From NCBI GenBank assembly GCA_964247055.1, contig OZ176050.1, forward strand, positions 7,192,001 to 7,256,000: DNA of 64,000 nucleotides, given 5' to 3'. Origin of the DNA: Paragordius varius (lineage: Eukaryota; Animalia; Nematomorpha). The position numbers and the translations under genes are program-made. Below, piece by piece: positions 1-13,651 of the stretch (position 1 is its first letter; the number at the start of each line of letters is the position of its first letter). Below the pieces are notes generated by a model. It had not been told where the DNA came from. It saw nothing but the letters and a program-made list of their open reading frames with translations, and ran no database searches.

Positions 1-1789
1 AGGGATCTATCATCACATATAAAAAGTAAAACAATTTTTATACTTTGATTTTACTATGGCTCCGGATTCCCCAAATAGTTTTGCCCTTCTAAAATAGACA
101 TATTCTCTTAAAACAATAGCAAAAATGCTGGAATCGCGAGATATTTTTAAATATATGTCAAATATTGACATCAAAAAAATTTCGCCCGAAAATTGATATT
201 TCGTTTAAAAATTAATTTTTTAGCGAAATTTCATTGGTTTTTCATATTATTTTGAGAAATGATGGAAACAGTATAAAAGGTTGTAGGATATTAATAAACA
301 TTTTTTCTATATAATTCGATGGAACTGAACATTTCTATCATCTCGTTCGATTGAAATACTCTTTCCCCTTCAAATAATGTTAAATAAATTATTTTTTACA
401 ATTCACAAAAATTTAAAAGCAATTGAATGTTTAAATTAAACTTAGGAAAACTTAGTATCACCATATAAAAAGGGTTTTTTATTATCTTAAAGCGCTTTTA
501 TACCGTTTCTATCAGACCTGCAAAAAGAACGTTTATAAAAAATTTCGCTATTAATTAAATTTTCAAATATATTTATTTTATCGGCATTTTTTCAATTTTC
601 TTATGGTTAAATTTTTATCGCACAATCTCCGCATTTTTGGTTTTATTTTATAAGAAAACTAGTCTATTAGCACGAAATTTGGTTTTTCGGACCTCTCTAA
701 AAATTAAATATTTAAAAAATATTTTGTGTTTTTTAATTGAATTTATTTAGTGATATTATTTAGAATGTAGCATACCTTTCTCAAAAAAGTTTTATTTGAA
801 CTATTTTTGCGTAAATTTTGCCATTTACTGATATGGACCTTATTCGTAAGGCCAAAAGCGTACTGTGATACCTGATTCATTTTCCAAGAATATATGTATT
901 TCAATAGGATATTTTTTATACCCTCCGATTTTCGACACAGCGATGTCAAATCCAAATATTGGACAAAATTAATATTTTGCCAAAAAATTTAATTCGTAAA
1001 TTTGAAGCGAGCTTTATGGTATTTAAAAGCATGTTGGAAACGGTATAAAATTTAAGATATTAAAACACTTTTCTTACATAATTCGAGGAAGAACGTTTCC
1101 TTCAACTTAAATCATTAATTTATAAAATTTGATCGATTTAATAAATAAATTTTTTGAGAAACAAATTATGTCTGATTTAATATGGTGACGGACAAATATT
1201 TCAACAAAATTGAGGTGATAGAGATGTTTAGGTATCGAATCATATAGAAAAATATATCTATTTAATTATGCTTATATATAATTTTTTTAAATATTTATTT
1301 TTGAGCAAAATATCTATTTTGAACAAAAATTTTTATTTAATAAATTAATTTAGCACATAAATATTTAATTAACGAATAATTTCGAAATTTTTGCATTCAT
1401 TTTAAAGAAACCTGCCCAATTTAGATGGGTGTTTATTTTTAAAGTCCACATCTATAATTTAAAACTCATAATTTCTTTCCTTTTTATGTAAATATAATGT
1501 ATTTTAGTGATGTTTTTCGAATATAACATTTAGCTTTTGCCAAAATTATTTTTCTGATATGGAGCTAACGCAAAAGTTAATTCTCGTAACACTTGGCTAA
1601 ACACATACATTTCAATATTCGATTAAAATTTGGATTTGGATACCGCCAGTTTAAAATTAAATATTCAAATAATATAAAATAAATTCAAACTATTGCAAAA
1701 GCTTGCACTTACATATTAATAAACCGAAATATGAAAAACATTTGTTTAAAAATCTTAATATTAAATATTTTAAGATAAAACCAAAATGT

Positions 1790-2130
1790 AAAAATTTAGT
1801 CAACATGGCATGTGTGCAATAGCTAATTAAAAAATATTTGAAAATAAACCACTTTTTCTGATTCTATCAACATTATGTGATCTAAATAAAATATTATCTT
1901 TAATTTTAGCTTTAAAATTAAATACACACGATATTTAAATTGTAAAATAAAAATGGAGTCGAAGTAGTTTGATATGGAACTTTTCCTCAAACCTAATAAA
2001 ATAGATATTTCAGCTAATTTATATTATTTATTTTAAGATAGAAGCATAAATTTATATTACGACCGTTTCTAATAGTTTATTAAAAATATCAACTTAATTA
2101 TACTCCTTTTTAGAGTCCCCAATTCGACTG
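1790..2130 (+). mobile_element. 5'-truncated copy of the piggyBac-type MITE family
   Basis: Similar to the right half of 24030-24601 (TTTAGTCAACATG.CATGTGTGCA, GACCGTTTCT, AAAATATCAACTTAA); ends ...ACTG followed by TTAA at 2131-2134. Confidence 0.6.
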
Positions 2131-2286
2131 TTAAATCAATGGGTCAAAAAAACAAGTACTATTTATCTTGATACATTTTCCCATCAGATATGTATTTCAT
2201 CATATAGGGCATTTATTATATTATCAAATTATCTCATGTGAATTTAATACATGATATAAACGATATGATGAGAAATATGTTTGCAA

Positions 2287-2755
2287 ATGTTTTTTAAAAA
2301 AATAATCTCTGCGGTAATACAGCCTCGTTTATACTCAAATGGAAACATAAAACCAGTAGCAGAAAATGTTGCTAAGTATACCATAAATTTCGACCTACCT
2401 AACGGTGAAACTGTATCAGCACAAGGAAAAGAAGGTGATACTATTTTGGATGTTGTAATTAACAACAATATGGATTTTGATGGTTTTGGTATAAAAAAAT
2501 GTATATAAAAAGGCGCTTGTGAAGGGACACTTTCCTGCTCAACTTGTCATGTTATATTAAAGCCTGAAGATTATTCCAAAGTAATGCCAAAACCCTCTCC
2601 AGAAGAATTAGATATGCTTGATTTAGCTGCGGATCTCACAGATACGTAAATTTACAAATAATTTTAGGTCCAGACTTGGATGTCAAATTTTTTTGTCAAA
2701 GGAAACGGATGGTTTGACTGTCAAAATACCAAGCACTATCATTGACAATCGTTAA
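2287..2755 (+). CDS. FDX1: Mitochondrial adrenodoxin-type [2Fe-2S] ferredoxin, 140 aa, 3 exons (2287-2488, 2513-2645, 2668-2755)
   Basis: Removing GT-AG introns of 24 nt (2489-2512) and 22 nt (2646-2667) gives [19 protein letters not shown]...[22 protein letters not shown], the adrenodoxin Cys pattern and LDML/SRLGCQ motifs; basic N-terminus resembles a targeting peptide. Confidence 0.95.
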
Positions 2756-3379
2756 ATAATTTGCTCATATCTTATATACAATTTATATATGGGATGACTT
2801 CCAAATTTTTATTTATTTTTAATAGCATTTAGTTAATTGTGATATGACCTTCCAAGATAATGGCAATATGTATTTTTATGATATAATGTATAATAAATAT
2901 ACATAGCTTAAGGCATAAAATTTGAAGAACCATTTCAAATATATTGTGTAAAATATTTATGTTTAGAAGTAAATAAATTATATGGCATTTAATTTTTAAC
3001 AATTTACTAAAAATATTCGCCCAAACGATTGAGTTTAATAATATGTAAAAAATATTAAATATATTATGTCTAGTTTATTTGTAAAAAAAGATTTAGACAT
3101 TAACTGACAAATTATCTAATTTCCTCTATTAGGAAATTATTCGGCAAGATTGTCGTATTAGATTTTTTGCGTTTTATAAGCTTTTATTAATTTGCGGATG
3201 TATATCAACCCTAGATATTACTTTTATCAATGTAAACGGTACTCATACCTTTAAAGTAATATACGTTTGGATTTTTTTATTCCTCTAATAATTAAATTTT
3301 GTAGGGTGAATTAATATATAAGGAAAAAATCAATGTCCTAAGTTATGCCAATATTATTGTTAACGCCTTGGATCAAAAA

Positions 3380-3647
3380 CAGAGGCGTGGCTTGCATTTC
3401 TGCTCTTTGTGAATCCGTAATGGCGTTCCCTCTTCCTCCATGGGACCTCTTGTATTTAAAAAAATAAATTAATTTAAACCGTGGTCATGACCACTCATAA
3501 ATGGGTGATTTTTTCATGTATTATTTAAAATAATAACTCTAAATACCTATTTTGTGGAAAAAAAATTAAATTTTTTTGAATCCGGGCCCCTTCAACTATG
3601 GCGCCCGGTTCATCAGCCTCCCTTTCCCCCCTCTAGCTACGCCTCTG
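3380..3647. mobile_element. hAT-type MITE, 268 bp
   Basis: TIRs CAGAGGCGTGGCTTG / CTAGCTACGCCTCTG; 8-bp TSD-like flanks ATCAAAAA (3372-3379) and ATCAGAAA (3648-3655); right half homologous to 54200-54362 and to the reverse complement of 45631-45790. Confidence 0.75.
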
Positions 3648-4704
3648 ATCAGAAATAATTTAGACAGCTCACATAAGAATTAAATGGCTAGCCATTCACA
3701 AAATAAGAATTATGGCATTTCAATGATTCCTCATACGGATAAAATGTATTTATGTGATTTGATTTCTTTTTTTGGCATTGGGTTATTATTAGGACCGCTT
3801 AATAACAATAATTAACATTGTAAGTATTATGGGAAAATATCAACCCTGTAATCACTTCCATACATTCAAATGTATAATTGTTAATCCGTCCCCAAAATTT
3901 ATACAAAAAAGAGATTAAGGCAACTCATTACAAAAAAATGTTAAAAATAAAATAAATATGGGGACATAGTCCGTTATAATCTATATATAGTTCACTATTA
4001 TATAGATTGTTAATTAAATGTAAACATTATAAATAAAAATGAATTAATTCTTGATAAAATAAATTTCAAATGCAAATATTCGCAGCATTTTTTAAAACAA
4101 TAACTCGGAATTCAATTAGTTTTACAATGTATGAGAAATTTCTTGAGCTACTTTAATATTGTGCAAATAGAGATTATACAGTTTTCTTCACTTAATAAGA
4201 TGGAAATCTGAAAATGCACAAATTAGAATATATGAGATCCGGTTTGTCTGCAAGAAAAAGATCTGTTAAAGGGAAATTTAGTTTTGCCTTTTACAGATAA
4301 AGGAAAATTTTTTTGTTTGTTATAATATAAACAAAAGGGACATTTGTCTCTGAAAGATTAATTTTTGATTTATGATTATTTTGCAACTGGACAAATAGAT
4401 TGCGTAAGCAAACAAAAAAATGTTCAAAGTTGAAATTGTGCCAATATAGTGGTTATTTAAACAACTCATATATATAAACTAATAAAATTGAATTGACTGT
4501 CCTATTGTTAAAGTTTTTGTAGTCATTTATTTTTGTTTTTCGAATGTTTGTCCATAACTTTTAGGATAATCAATTTTTATGAGACAATTATTCTTACATT
4601 TGTTACTTGAATCAATCCAAATTCTCCTCATAACCTTGCCCATTAGTTTGCCCCAAAATTTAGTATCTTACCGGCACCTGTATTCACAAGGTATTTCTGT
4701 CATA

Positions 4705-4885
4705 CAGTATGCATTTTAATGGTTGCTTATTTCACACTATACTTGGGCAATTTACAACACAGTAGTGTATGGAAAAAAGAAAGAAAATGATAGTTTATTT
4801 CACATTTTGTTGTTTTTCCATATACCTCTGTGTTGTGAATTGCCCAACTATAGTGAGATATAAGCAACCATTAAAATGCATACTG
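4705..4885. mobile_element. Tc1/pogo-type palindromic MITE, 181 bp
   Basis: TA|CAGTATGCATTTTAATGGTTGCTTAT ... ATAAGCAACCATTAAAATGCATACTG|TA perfect terminal repeats, imperfect inner palindrome, TA flanks. Confidence 0.85.
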
Positions 4886-5847
4886 TAATTTGCTCTACAG
4901 CATTATCTTTTAACAAGCCATAAAATACTATAGGTATTGATTGAATTTTGAGCACTTAAAAAGATAATAGTACAGACAAGACAGCCTTATTATAAAAAAT
5001 TTTGGGTAATATTTAGTTAGCCCCTGTTCCATCAAATCTCAGCATGGTATAAAATCTTTTCTGTAAATTATATGTGTACCCTATATGTAAAGCAATGGTT
5101 TAAAATATTTCACGCTCAGTTTTTGGATTAAATTGTTAAGTTGATTTGTCTTAAATGAGTAACCATTTTTGTGTTATTCATTTATGCTGTCCGTTTAGCA
5201 TATGTTTAATGCCTGAATTTTTAATATAACCATTATCTATTTTGATGAAAATCCTAAAATTTTTGATGGTTATGTATTTTTAAATTATTTTTTTAACTAA
5301 TAAAATCGTTTTGTTGACAAAGTTATCATATAAATATTCATATTCCAAAAAATACTAAACAAATAAATTTATGGTACAAACTTTTAGGGAAATTAGACTA
5401 ATGACACTGATATGTACTCAATGCGTTATAAACTCTATAGTATTAATAGGCATATTATAAGATGTTTTTAAACTTTACGGATTAAATTTATGAAAAAGTA
5501 GGAATATATAAACTAAAATTAAAATTTAAACATAAATCATAATAATTATATCTAGAACAATTAAAGAATAGCTAATATGTTTTCGTGAAGAAACGATCGT
5601 GTAAAAATATGTATATGTCAAAGGTTTTAGATTATTACAAATGAATCATTAATATAGAATTATCACCGGCGGCAAAAAAATCGATCGTCCGCTCATGAAT
5701 AAAACCGGTTTAAGCTTTAATTTATCGAATTCAAAGCGGTTAAAAATTCTTTTTTAGATATAACTCAGCTAGTGTTCTGAATATTTGGTTCTGAGTTAAA
5801 CTCCCGGACTAAATTATTTCTTATTGCATTAGCTCTATTAAATCCAA

Positions 5848-8695
5848 ATGAAAATATGCACTTGTTTTATAACAATAGCATCGGTCAGGATCGAGGATAG
5901 GGAGGCAAGCAGTAATGGTTCCTTTAAAGGACAAATCCCTTATGATGTGGGAGAGGAAATTGTTTATCCGGAATTAAAAAAAGCTTATGCTGGTAAAAAT
6001 GGGACTAAAAATGAAACATCGACCATAGTTATTACAGTTATGACAAAAGATTATGGGAAGTTAACTTTTACTGCCATTAAAGTTTATTCCCATTCACATG
6101 ACAGCAAAATAAAACAACCACCATACAACATTTTAAATACATCAACCATAATTGATGATGTGAACAAACATAAAACTAACCATAGAAATTTGATGAATGT
6201 TCGACAATACCTGTATGAGGGAAACGTGACCGTTAATACTACCGTCGGTATCAAATCATATCCTGCCACTTTAATATATAAAAATGGAAAATTGGTATGT
6301 ATTATTATTCTTATTATTTAAAAATAAAAAGATAGTTCATGTAATTCCCGGAATCGGTAGATCCAACACATTTTAAATTTTTTGCATAAAAACTTCTAAA
6401 CGAGAAGTGCTGTCAACTTTTATTATTTTATTTGAACATATTTTATTATTTTTGGGATCTGATATTAAGATTGCGATGAATCCAGTATCGAAAATGTCGT
6501 TTCAGTCATTATGATAATTATTTTTAAATTATATATATTTTTTTGCTAACTATCTGTAAAATGTCTATTGTAACAAATTTTTAAGGGTGAAATGAATTTC
6601 TTTATAAATGTGTTTAAGGGATTATAAAAGGAGTCAAGTTTTACAGTAAAAATTGAAATTATACGGACAAAACGAAAAAATATAAAGACAATTTTTTTCA
6701 AAAGGCGACCCTATTTTTTTCATACCTTAATTTATCCTATTAAAATCATTTAATAAAATCGTAAAACATGTAATTAATTATACTACCAATATACATCTCT
6801 ATTTTTGAGCTACAAAACAATGAGTTTTATTATAAAAAAAGATTTATAAAGTATGGTTGTCTGTTTGAAAATAATATTTGTCTCGACATTTTTACGTTTT
6901 GTCCGTATAATTTCAAATTTTACTATAAAAAGTAAATCAGTTATATCCAAAATATTTGGAGATTTTTTTGTTAACATTATAAAAATAAAATTTGAACGAC
7001 AAAGAGTAAACAAGCTTAGGCTTTGGGGTTGTCATACAAATTATAATTGATCTTTAAAATGCACCCAGGGGTAAATAAGTGTGATAAAATCATGATTAAT
7101 ACATATAGGACTCTATTTTTTCCATGGGTGAATACCAGTTTGAAATTTATCCGACTTGGATAAGGACCAATTCTTCCATTACAAAAAATAATCAGCATGT
7201 TATAGTAAAGTATAGGCTAGAAAATGCAACAGATCCTTCAGAAGTTGATTCATTCATGCCTGATATTTGTAAGTTAACATTATATATAAAACAATATTTT
7301 TTTGTAACAAATAATGTTTTTAAGTAATTAACATTTATTTGCATAATATAATTTGGCTTTTTTGTCGAAATTTACATCCCTGTTTACATGGTTCAATGAT
7401 AAAAATAATCATGAACCATATTAGTTATACTTTTTTTTTCTCAAATTAGTTTAATTAATTTTGTGCAAATTAAATTAATATTTTTCATGTGAAAGTCATA
7501 TCACTTTTGTTGACTAATTTAAAAAAATATCATATTAGGTTGAGTTTTTTACCCCACAAAAAAGAATTCTCATAGGCTGCTTTGAATGCAGTTATTATGG
7601 TAATATTAGACTATAGGCTGTAAATAATAAATATAATCAATTTTATTTCTTTTGATTTTTGTTAACGCTTTAACACAGATCATGCACTCATGTCCTTCGA
7701 CACAAATAAGCTAACATAACATAAGAAATGGGTGTGTAAGCTTATATGATTTATTCATTCTTATGATATTTTTTGAATATTTAATGTAAATTATTGAATA
7801 TTTTAACTTATTAACCTGGTGGTAAAATCGTATCATTTTTTGAAAACATAGCTGATGCATAAATATTTTTTACTGACAACATATTTTAAGGCTTAATTTA
7901 AATTTCAAAAACGGTCTTTGTTAAAATTTTGTCTAGGTTGTCTCAAGGCAATCAAATTTGTGCTTTAGGAACAAATTATGACAGAAATTATTAAAAACTT
8001 TAAATTTTTTGATGGATAATTTTGAAAGCAGTCTTTATCACGGTTATGAATGCATTTATCAGCCTTTTTTAAAATATTATTTAAATATACCGAATTGATT
8101 GGATATATAATAGCTAGCTTTACTGCCACTACTCAAATGACCTTAAAAACGCAAACAAGCTCTGATGACATCCTTCAAAAACCGTATATAATCGAAGGAG
8201 CATTATTTGTTGATGAGCAGGATATAACAAATATAACTGAGGAAACGGTTATATTGATTGGTGAAAAGGTTTTAAAATTTTACCTTTTTATAAAATAAAA
8301 TTTAACAGCTAGTATCCTTTTCTGTTAATGAATTAGCGATTTAATATCAGGTAGAAAAGGGAAGACATTAAACTTGTATACAATGTGAGTTTGTGATGGT
8401 TAAATGAATGAAATCGCTTATTCTTTCTCTTATTCGTATCAGTTCTGGGCTTCCAAAGTTAAATATATCTAAGTTTAGTTACTCAAGTGTTTTTGAAGTT
8501 AACATACAAAGAAATATATATACAATAAACTTAAAATTAATAAAAGTCCTTAACCATTAAAAATGGTATGAATTCTGAGAGAATGTACTAAGCTTACAAT
8601 ATGATTAATCAGTATTTGCTAATTGTTATTTCTTGAGATACTGGGACAGGATATTTTGCATATTTTTAAAATTAAACATTTTTAATAAAATTTAG

Positions 8696-8739
<44 letters not shown>

Positions 8740-11700
8740 GTATGAAATGAACAAAAAATGCTCTTAATAGGGTCAAAAACATCACAATTTTATTTTCATT
8801 ATTATATCATTAATTTTTAAATCAAGTGATAAACTATGTCTATATATTTTAATTTGTAGTTTTATAAGCATACATTGTCGCTTTTATGAATGTGTAACTG
8901 ATCAGACTCTTCGAGTTTAAAAATATGTTTAAAGTTTAATTTTTTAATATTTAACTAATACAAATCAGTTTTTCTCCCAAATCAATTATTAACCAATTAA
9001 CAATAAATTTATTTGAGTATAATGCCTATAATTAATTTACTTGTGCATATTATAAAATTATCTTTAGTATATCGTTTTAAATAATTTGCAATTCTGATGA
9101 TCAAAATCACATGATACAAACATGTATGGTAAAAATTAAAATTAAACAAACGAATCAAACATACCAAATATTTTTTTCCTGATTTTTTATTTATGCTCAT
9201 TGTTTTAAATTGCTAAGTATGAAATATGTATAAATTTAAATTGATTATATATTTTAAAATTTATTTATATAGTTTAAAACAAGGCTTTGAAAAGAATGAT
9301 TGTCTTGAAAAAAATATTTGTCTTAATATTTTTACTTTTTGTAATTTCAATTTTTACTGTAAAATATTTTTTCGATCAGCAGTCAGATGCAAATTTAAAA
9401 AGTCGATTAGATTTTCGAACACATTATAATAATTAATATGATTGAAAAGCCACTCTTTAATTTTTATTTAACAATGTTGATTTTTTATGGGCCTTCTAAG
9501 AAATTTATTTTAAGTCATGGGTATTGATTTTTAAATACTTGTATTTTTTTAGTTATCAAAAATATTTGACGTGTTGACGCCTAGCATCAACATTCGTTTT
9601 AAATTGGTGGAATGGTTTATATATCCGGTAATATTTTGAAATAATTAACTTATGTGTTTCCATAAATAATTTTATATTTATTATTGCAATTATAATACAG
9701 CTAATATAAAATGAATTTATTTGGTGAATTTTCGATTACTACTAGTATTCTTTGCCAAACGTAAAAAATAAAATTAAAATATAAATTAAAATATAAACTA
9801 AACTTTAAATTATGATAAAAATATTTAATGAGATATGAAACTAAAAAACATGAATATTAGAAATATTAATATAGACTATTTGACTGATTCGAAATGGTCA
9901 AATATTTATTTAGAGATCAAATTGCAACGACAACTATTGATAAATATAAAAAAATCAATTTTTTCCCCAAACCGAAAGTCACTTTTAGAGACAAATAATG
10001 CCAATTAAACGAATTTTCTAAAGGAGAGTTCTGTAGTATTTTAATATGATGTGGTATAAAATGTTTTATAAAAAAGATATCGAATACGGCTAGTTAAAAT
10101 AGACTATTGGTTGTGGTTCTTAGACTTAAGTCAGGTAATTTTATGTATTTGAATTATTTATAAACAAATTAATTATTTATTTAATTGTGATACAGTAAAA
10201 ATTGGAATTGTACGTACGTAAAAATCAAATAAATTTATCCTAAAGACCGCTATATTTTTTAAACTTGATTTTTTAATATAATTTATTGTTTAGTGTGGAA
10301 TAAAGATGTATTGGTAACACATCAATTACGTATTTTATAATTGTGATTAAATAATTTATATAGGATTAAAGTTTAAAAAAGTATGGTCGTTTTTTGAAAA
10401 AACTTGCTTTTATATTTAACGTTTTGTGTGTATAATTTTAGTTTATATATATATAGTCAGATTTGGTGGTAGTAGAAAATATGATTTTGAATCAAAGGAA
10501 TTTGGAAAAACATTTAGCAGTTCATCCATTGCGCGATACGTTTGATGTTGGAATGCTGATATCATCGTATAAAATTTGTAATTATGTATTGAATTTTATC
10601 TAGAAAATATTAGTTAACCCTATTTTATCTGTAATATATAATATAGTAACAATATTTAGAAACAGTCTATTTTTTTTAACACTTAACCGCCAAAAAATTT
10701 AAATTTTAATATTGCAAATAAAAATGTGCTTTCTTAGCCTTTTAGACGCATGATACATTTTTTTAAAAATGTAAAATGTAGAAATATCCACTCAACTTTT
10801 TCGCCGCCATTTTTTCTTTAAAATCGCCAATGCAACAGAGGAGTAAATGTATTATTGCTAAATATATATACATTATTTTTAAATCAACTGTCCGTTTCAA
10901 TCGTTTTGGAGCTATATAAATTTCCGACTAAGTTAGAAAAATGTAAAAATATAAGCTAATCCAAAAGAGCAATTTAATAATTAAATTTTAACCAAAACAA
11001 CTTTTAAAACAGAAGCTACTTTAGGTAGATATTGGTGTCACTCTATCAACATTAAAAAATGACATACCGGTTAATTCAGTATATTTAAATACATTTTTAA
11101 ATACAACACAAATCGATTTAAATTTAAAAAATTTCCAAAAATAATTGGTTAAAATCATAACATTTCAGTTTTACAAATATTAATTCTTAGATTTAAAAGA
11201 AACAAATCCTGATATAAGCGTTAAAAAATATAGTTAAGAATCTTGATTTTATCAAATTAATATAAAAAATATTTGTGGTTTATTTTATGATAAGTAAATA
11301 TTATTCATATATATATATATATATACTTTATATAAATGTATTAAGCAAATACAAATTTATACAAATTTATTTGCTCACATTTATCATACACGCATTAAGC
11401 TATTCACCTGTATAGAAACACCCCATTAAATATTGTTAAAATTATTAGTTTAGTAAGGGCGCCATGGCTTAGTTGGTTAAAGCGCCTGTCTAGTAAACAG
11501 GAGATCCCGAGTTCGAATCTCGGTGGTGCCTTATTTTTTTACTTTTTTTGGCGCGCCCCATCCATGCATTTTAGATTGAAAATAAATCGGCAAATTAAAC
11601 TGTAAATGGAATTTTTAAATAATACATAACGTGTTGATGCTGTTTTCATTTTTGTTGTATATAGAAACTATTTCCTCTTTATTTAAGATCCATTCTAAAG

Positions 11701-13651
11701 CGACCAATTGTACCCTATTTTAAAATACTTTTGTATCTAAATTTTGGGTTAAAGCAATTTTTTGAGTCAAAGCGATGAAAGTGTGGTCGATCGAATTCTG
11801 CCTTTAATGATTGCAAACTCTAAAAAAAATGTTCACATAATTATGGAATTTTTTACATATAATAATTTGCAACTAAAGAAGTCTTATCAACACCAATATA
11901 TATTATAATTTTCTATCATATAGCCTTCAACGGATGTCAATATAATGTTTACTTTTGAGCACATTTATTTTTACTTATAAATAAATATGTATTGTGGATT
12001 TTTCCCACATATATATAATTTTATATTAAATATCTAGACGTGCGATTGAAAGCATAAAGAAGGGCTTCATAGTAGGTAAAAATTAAATTTACAAAACATT
12101 TGATAGGATGGGCCAATGTGGGCACAATGTGTCGCAGAAATCAAAGCGCTTTGGTTGCTTGGTATAAACCGACATCAGTGTCTTACTTTTTGGCTCATGA
12201 ACTCACTCATTTGTAAGTTTGTTTTCTAAGCCATTTACAATTCGATTCACCATTAAACAATTCAAATTCACCCTAATAAACTATATGTTTTTTAAGATTA
12301 AAATTTACTAATATTCTTATATATTTTTGAAAAATAAAATTATATTTTAAAATTAAATAATATTGGAAAAATAATAAACTATGCCATAAAGATATAATTC
12401 ATATTAATAAGTTTTATTAGAGTTCGATCACGTAATTTATTTTTAGGGTGAATTTGAAGTGTTAGCTGGGTTTAGTCAGTCAAACGATTTCAAAAAAAAG
12501 ATTAAATTTTGTTAAATATTTTATCTTAAAAATTATAATCAAGATTTATGCACAAACATAGCATGCAATGTTTTTTAGGTTTTTTTTTCACTATTTGCAT
12601 TGTAATAAAATATTCTACTGTAAACAAAATGAAACTATAGTAAAAACCATTTTTGACATGAAAAAGTGAGCGATTTATGGCAATTGATTTGCGTTCTGGA
12701 TTAACTTCCTCACTCATTTACCATTTAAACTAGCCTAGACCCCTTATACTGTACATAAATACCGCTTATATAACTACTTAACTCAAAAGACACTCATTAT
12801 CATATTTATTTGTTTATAAAAGCATATTTAGATATAATTCTAAACCTTGCGATCATTCAACAAACTTGCTAGTTTTTTAGTATTTTTCATCAATATCAAT
12901 TAGCCAAAATAATAAATATTTTTAATTAGAATAACATTTATTAACCAATATATATGTATAAAATTTGATCAAAAAAATATTTGAAAACATATGCGGTAAT
13001 ACAACATTACCATGTATCAAATATTTATGATTGGTATTCATAATTAGGCATGCTAAAATGTTCACTATTGAATAGACTTAATTACTGTATAAGTAAGTTA
13101 TATATTGCTAGAAAGTTATTAATTATTGCCAAATAATAAATACAACAAAGGGCAGTATTATTGGCTAATAATAGTAAAAAGTAAAAAAATAACTATAAGC
13201 CAATAATACTGCCCTTTGTTTTATATGCTATTTGGCAATAATTAATAACTTTCTAGCAAAGTATACTTAATCATACTGTAAATACCAAATATTTAATTTA
13301 TATATTATCCCTAATAGATTGAACTCTTATCATGATACAGAAAAGGATTGCGAGAAAGGTACGCAATTGTCTGATCAGCCTTTCATAGATTCCAAAAACC
13401 GCGTTCAATGGTCCAATTGTACCATAAAAATCATTTCTGATTGGATTAGGTATAATAAAAATTATCGGTTTTTTACTATGTTAAGCCCGTATTCGTTTAT
13501 TTCATTGAAAAAAACGGTAGTTGAAAAAAAACACTTGAACTTGCTAATAACGAAATTTAAGATACATAAATATGGATTTTTAATGTGACACAAATTTAGA
13601 ATGGGAAAATTAGATTGTCTCTTGGTACAAAATCATAAAATCCATGCCTAA
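5848..13651 (+). CDS. Reprolysin/ADAMTS-like zinc metalloprotease (M12B): putative signal peptide, prodomain and catalytic domain only
   Basis: Phase-consistent exons 5848-6294, 7109-7268, 8114-8268, 10077-10134, 10457-10566, 12038-12075, 12107-12212, 13318-13449, 13600-13651. Prodomain-like LYEGNV...EYQFEIYP...HVIVKY; catalytic motifs YIIEGALFVD, RIRLVKIDYW, FDVGMLISS, GWANVGTMC, AHELTHLLNSYHD, WSNCT, LDCLL then stop. Junctions between 7269 and 8350 not fully resolved. Confidence 0.75.
6644..6925. mobile_element. Tc1/pogo-type MITE in an intron of the M12B gene
   Basis: TA|CAGTAAAAATTGAAATTATACGGACAAAACG left arm, inverted CGTTTTGTCCGTATAATTTCAAATTTTACT right arm; second copy at 56938-57216. 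Confidence 0.75.
8698..8733. repeat. (TA)n microsatellite
   Basis: Uninterrupted TA dinucleotide run; similar runs at about 17220-17250 and 20268-20296. Confidence 0.95.
11458..11531 (+). tRNA. tRNA-Thr(AGT): tRNA-Thr, anticodon AGT, intronless
   Basis: GGCGCCATGGCTTAGTTGGTTAAAGCGCCTGTCTAGTAAACAGGAGATCCCGAGTTCGAATCTCGGTGGTGCCT: cloverleaf, A and B boxes, anticodon stem CCTGT/ACAGG; matches the known animal tRNA-Thr(AGU) pattern. Confidence 0.97.
11534..11540 (+). terminator. RNA polymerase III oligo-T terminator of tRNA-Thr
   Basis: T7 run immediately downstream of the tRNA. Confidence 0.8.
12231..12469. mobile_element. Degenerate CCAT-foldback element (AATTCAAATTCACCC subfamily)
   Basis: Starts CCATTTACAATTCGATTCACC...AATTCAAATTCACCC, shares core AAAATAATAAA.TATGCCATAA with 24950-25317, inverted GGGTGAATTTGAA near the right end; right terminus decayed. 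Confidence 0.6.
13085..13278. mobile_element. Palindromic Tc1/pogo-type MITE with CAGTAT-like ends
   Basis: Arms TGCTAGAAAGTTATTAATTATTGCCAAATA...CAAAGGGCAGTATTATTGGCT and their reverse complement; TA flanks. Confidence 0.75.

Noticed and set aside
100-1400. Degenerate duplication with about 810-bp offset (TGGAAAC.GTATAAAA, ATAATTCGA blocks)
   Set aside because: Similarity is real but low, with no termini or coding signal; probably old repeat debris that I cannot classify.
7679-8350. Stop-codon reassignment to explain in-frame TAA/TAG
   Set aside because: The well-supported genes here read cleanly in the standard code and end at ordinary stops; splicing or local decay explains the stops.
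11690-11990. Extra M12B-like exons with a 19-nt intron near 11750
   Set aside because: The 10566-12038 splice already gives a complete motif series, and this alternative needs a GC donor or crosses a stop.
12526-12717. Minus-strand ORF MSEEVNPERK... as a gene
   Set aside because: Short, intronic to the M12B gene, with no recognisable domain or supporting exons.
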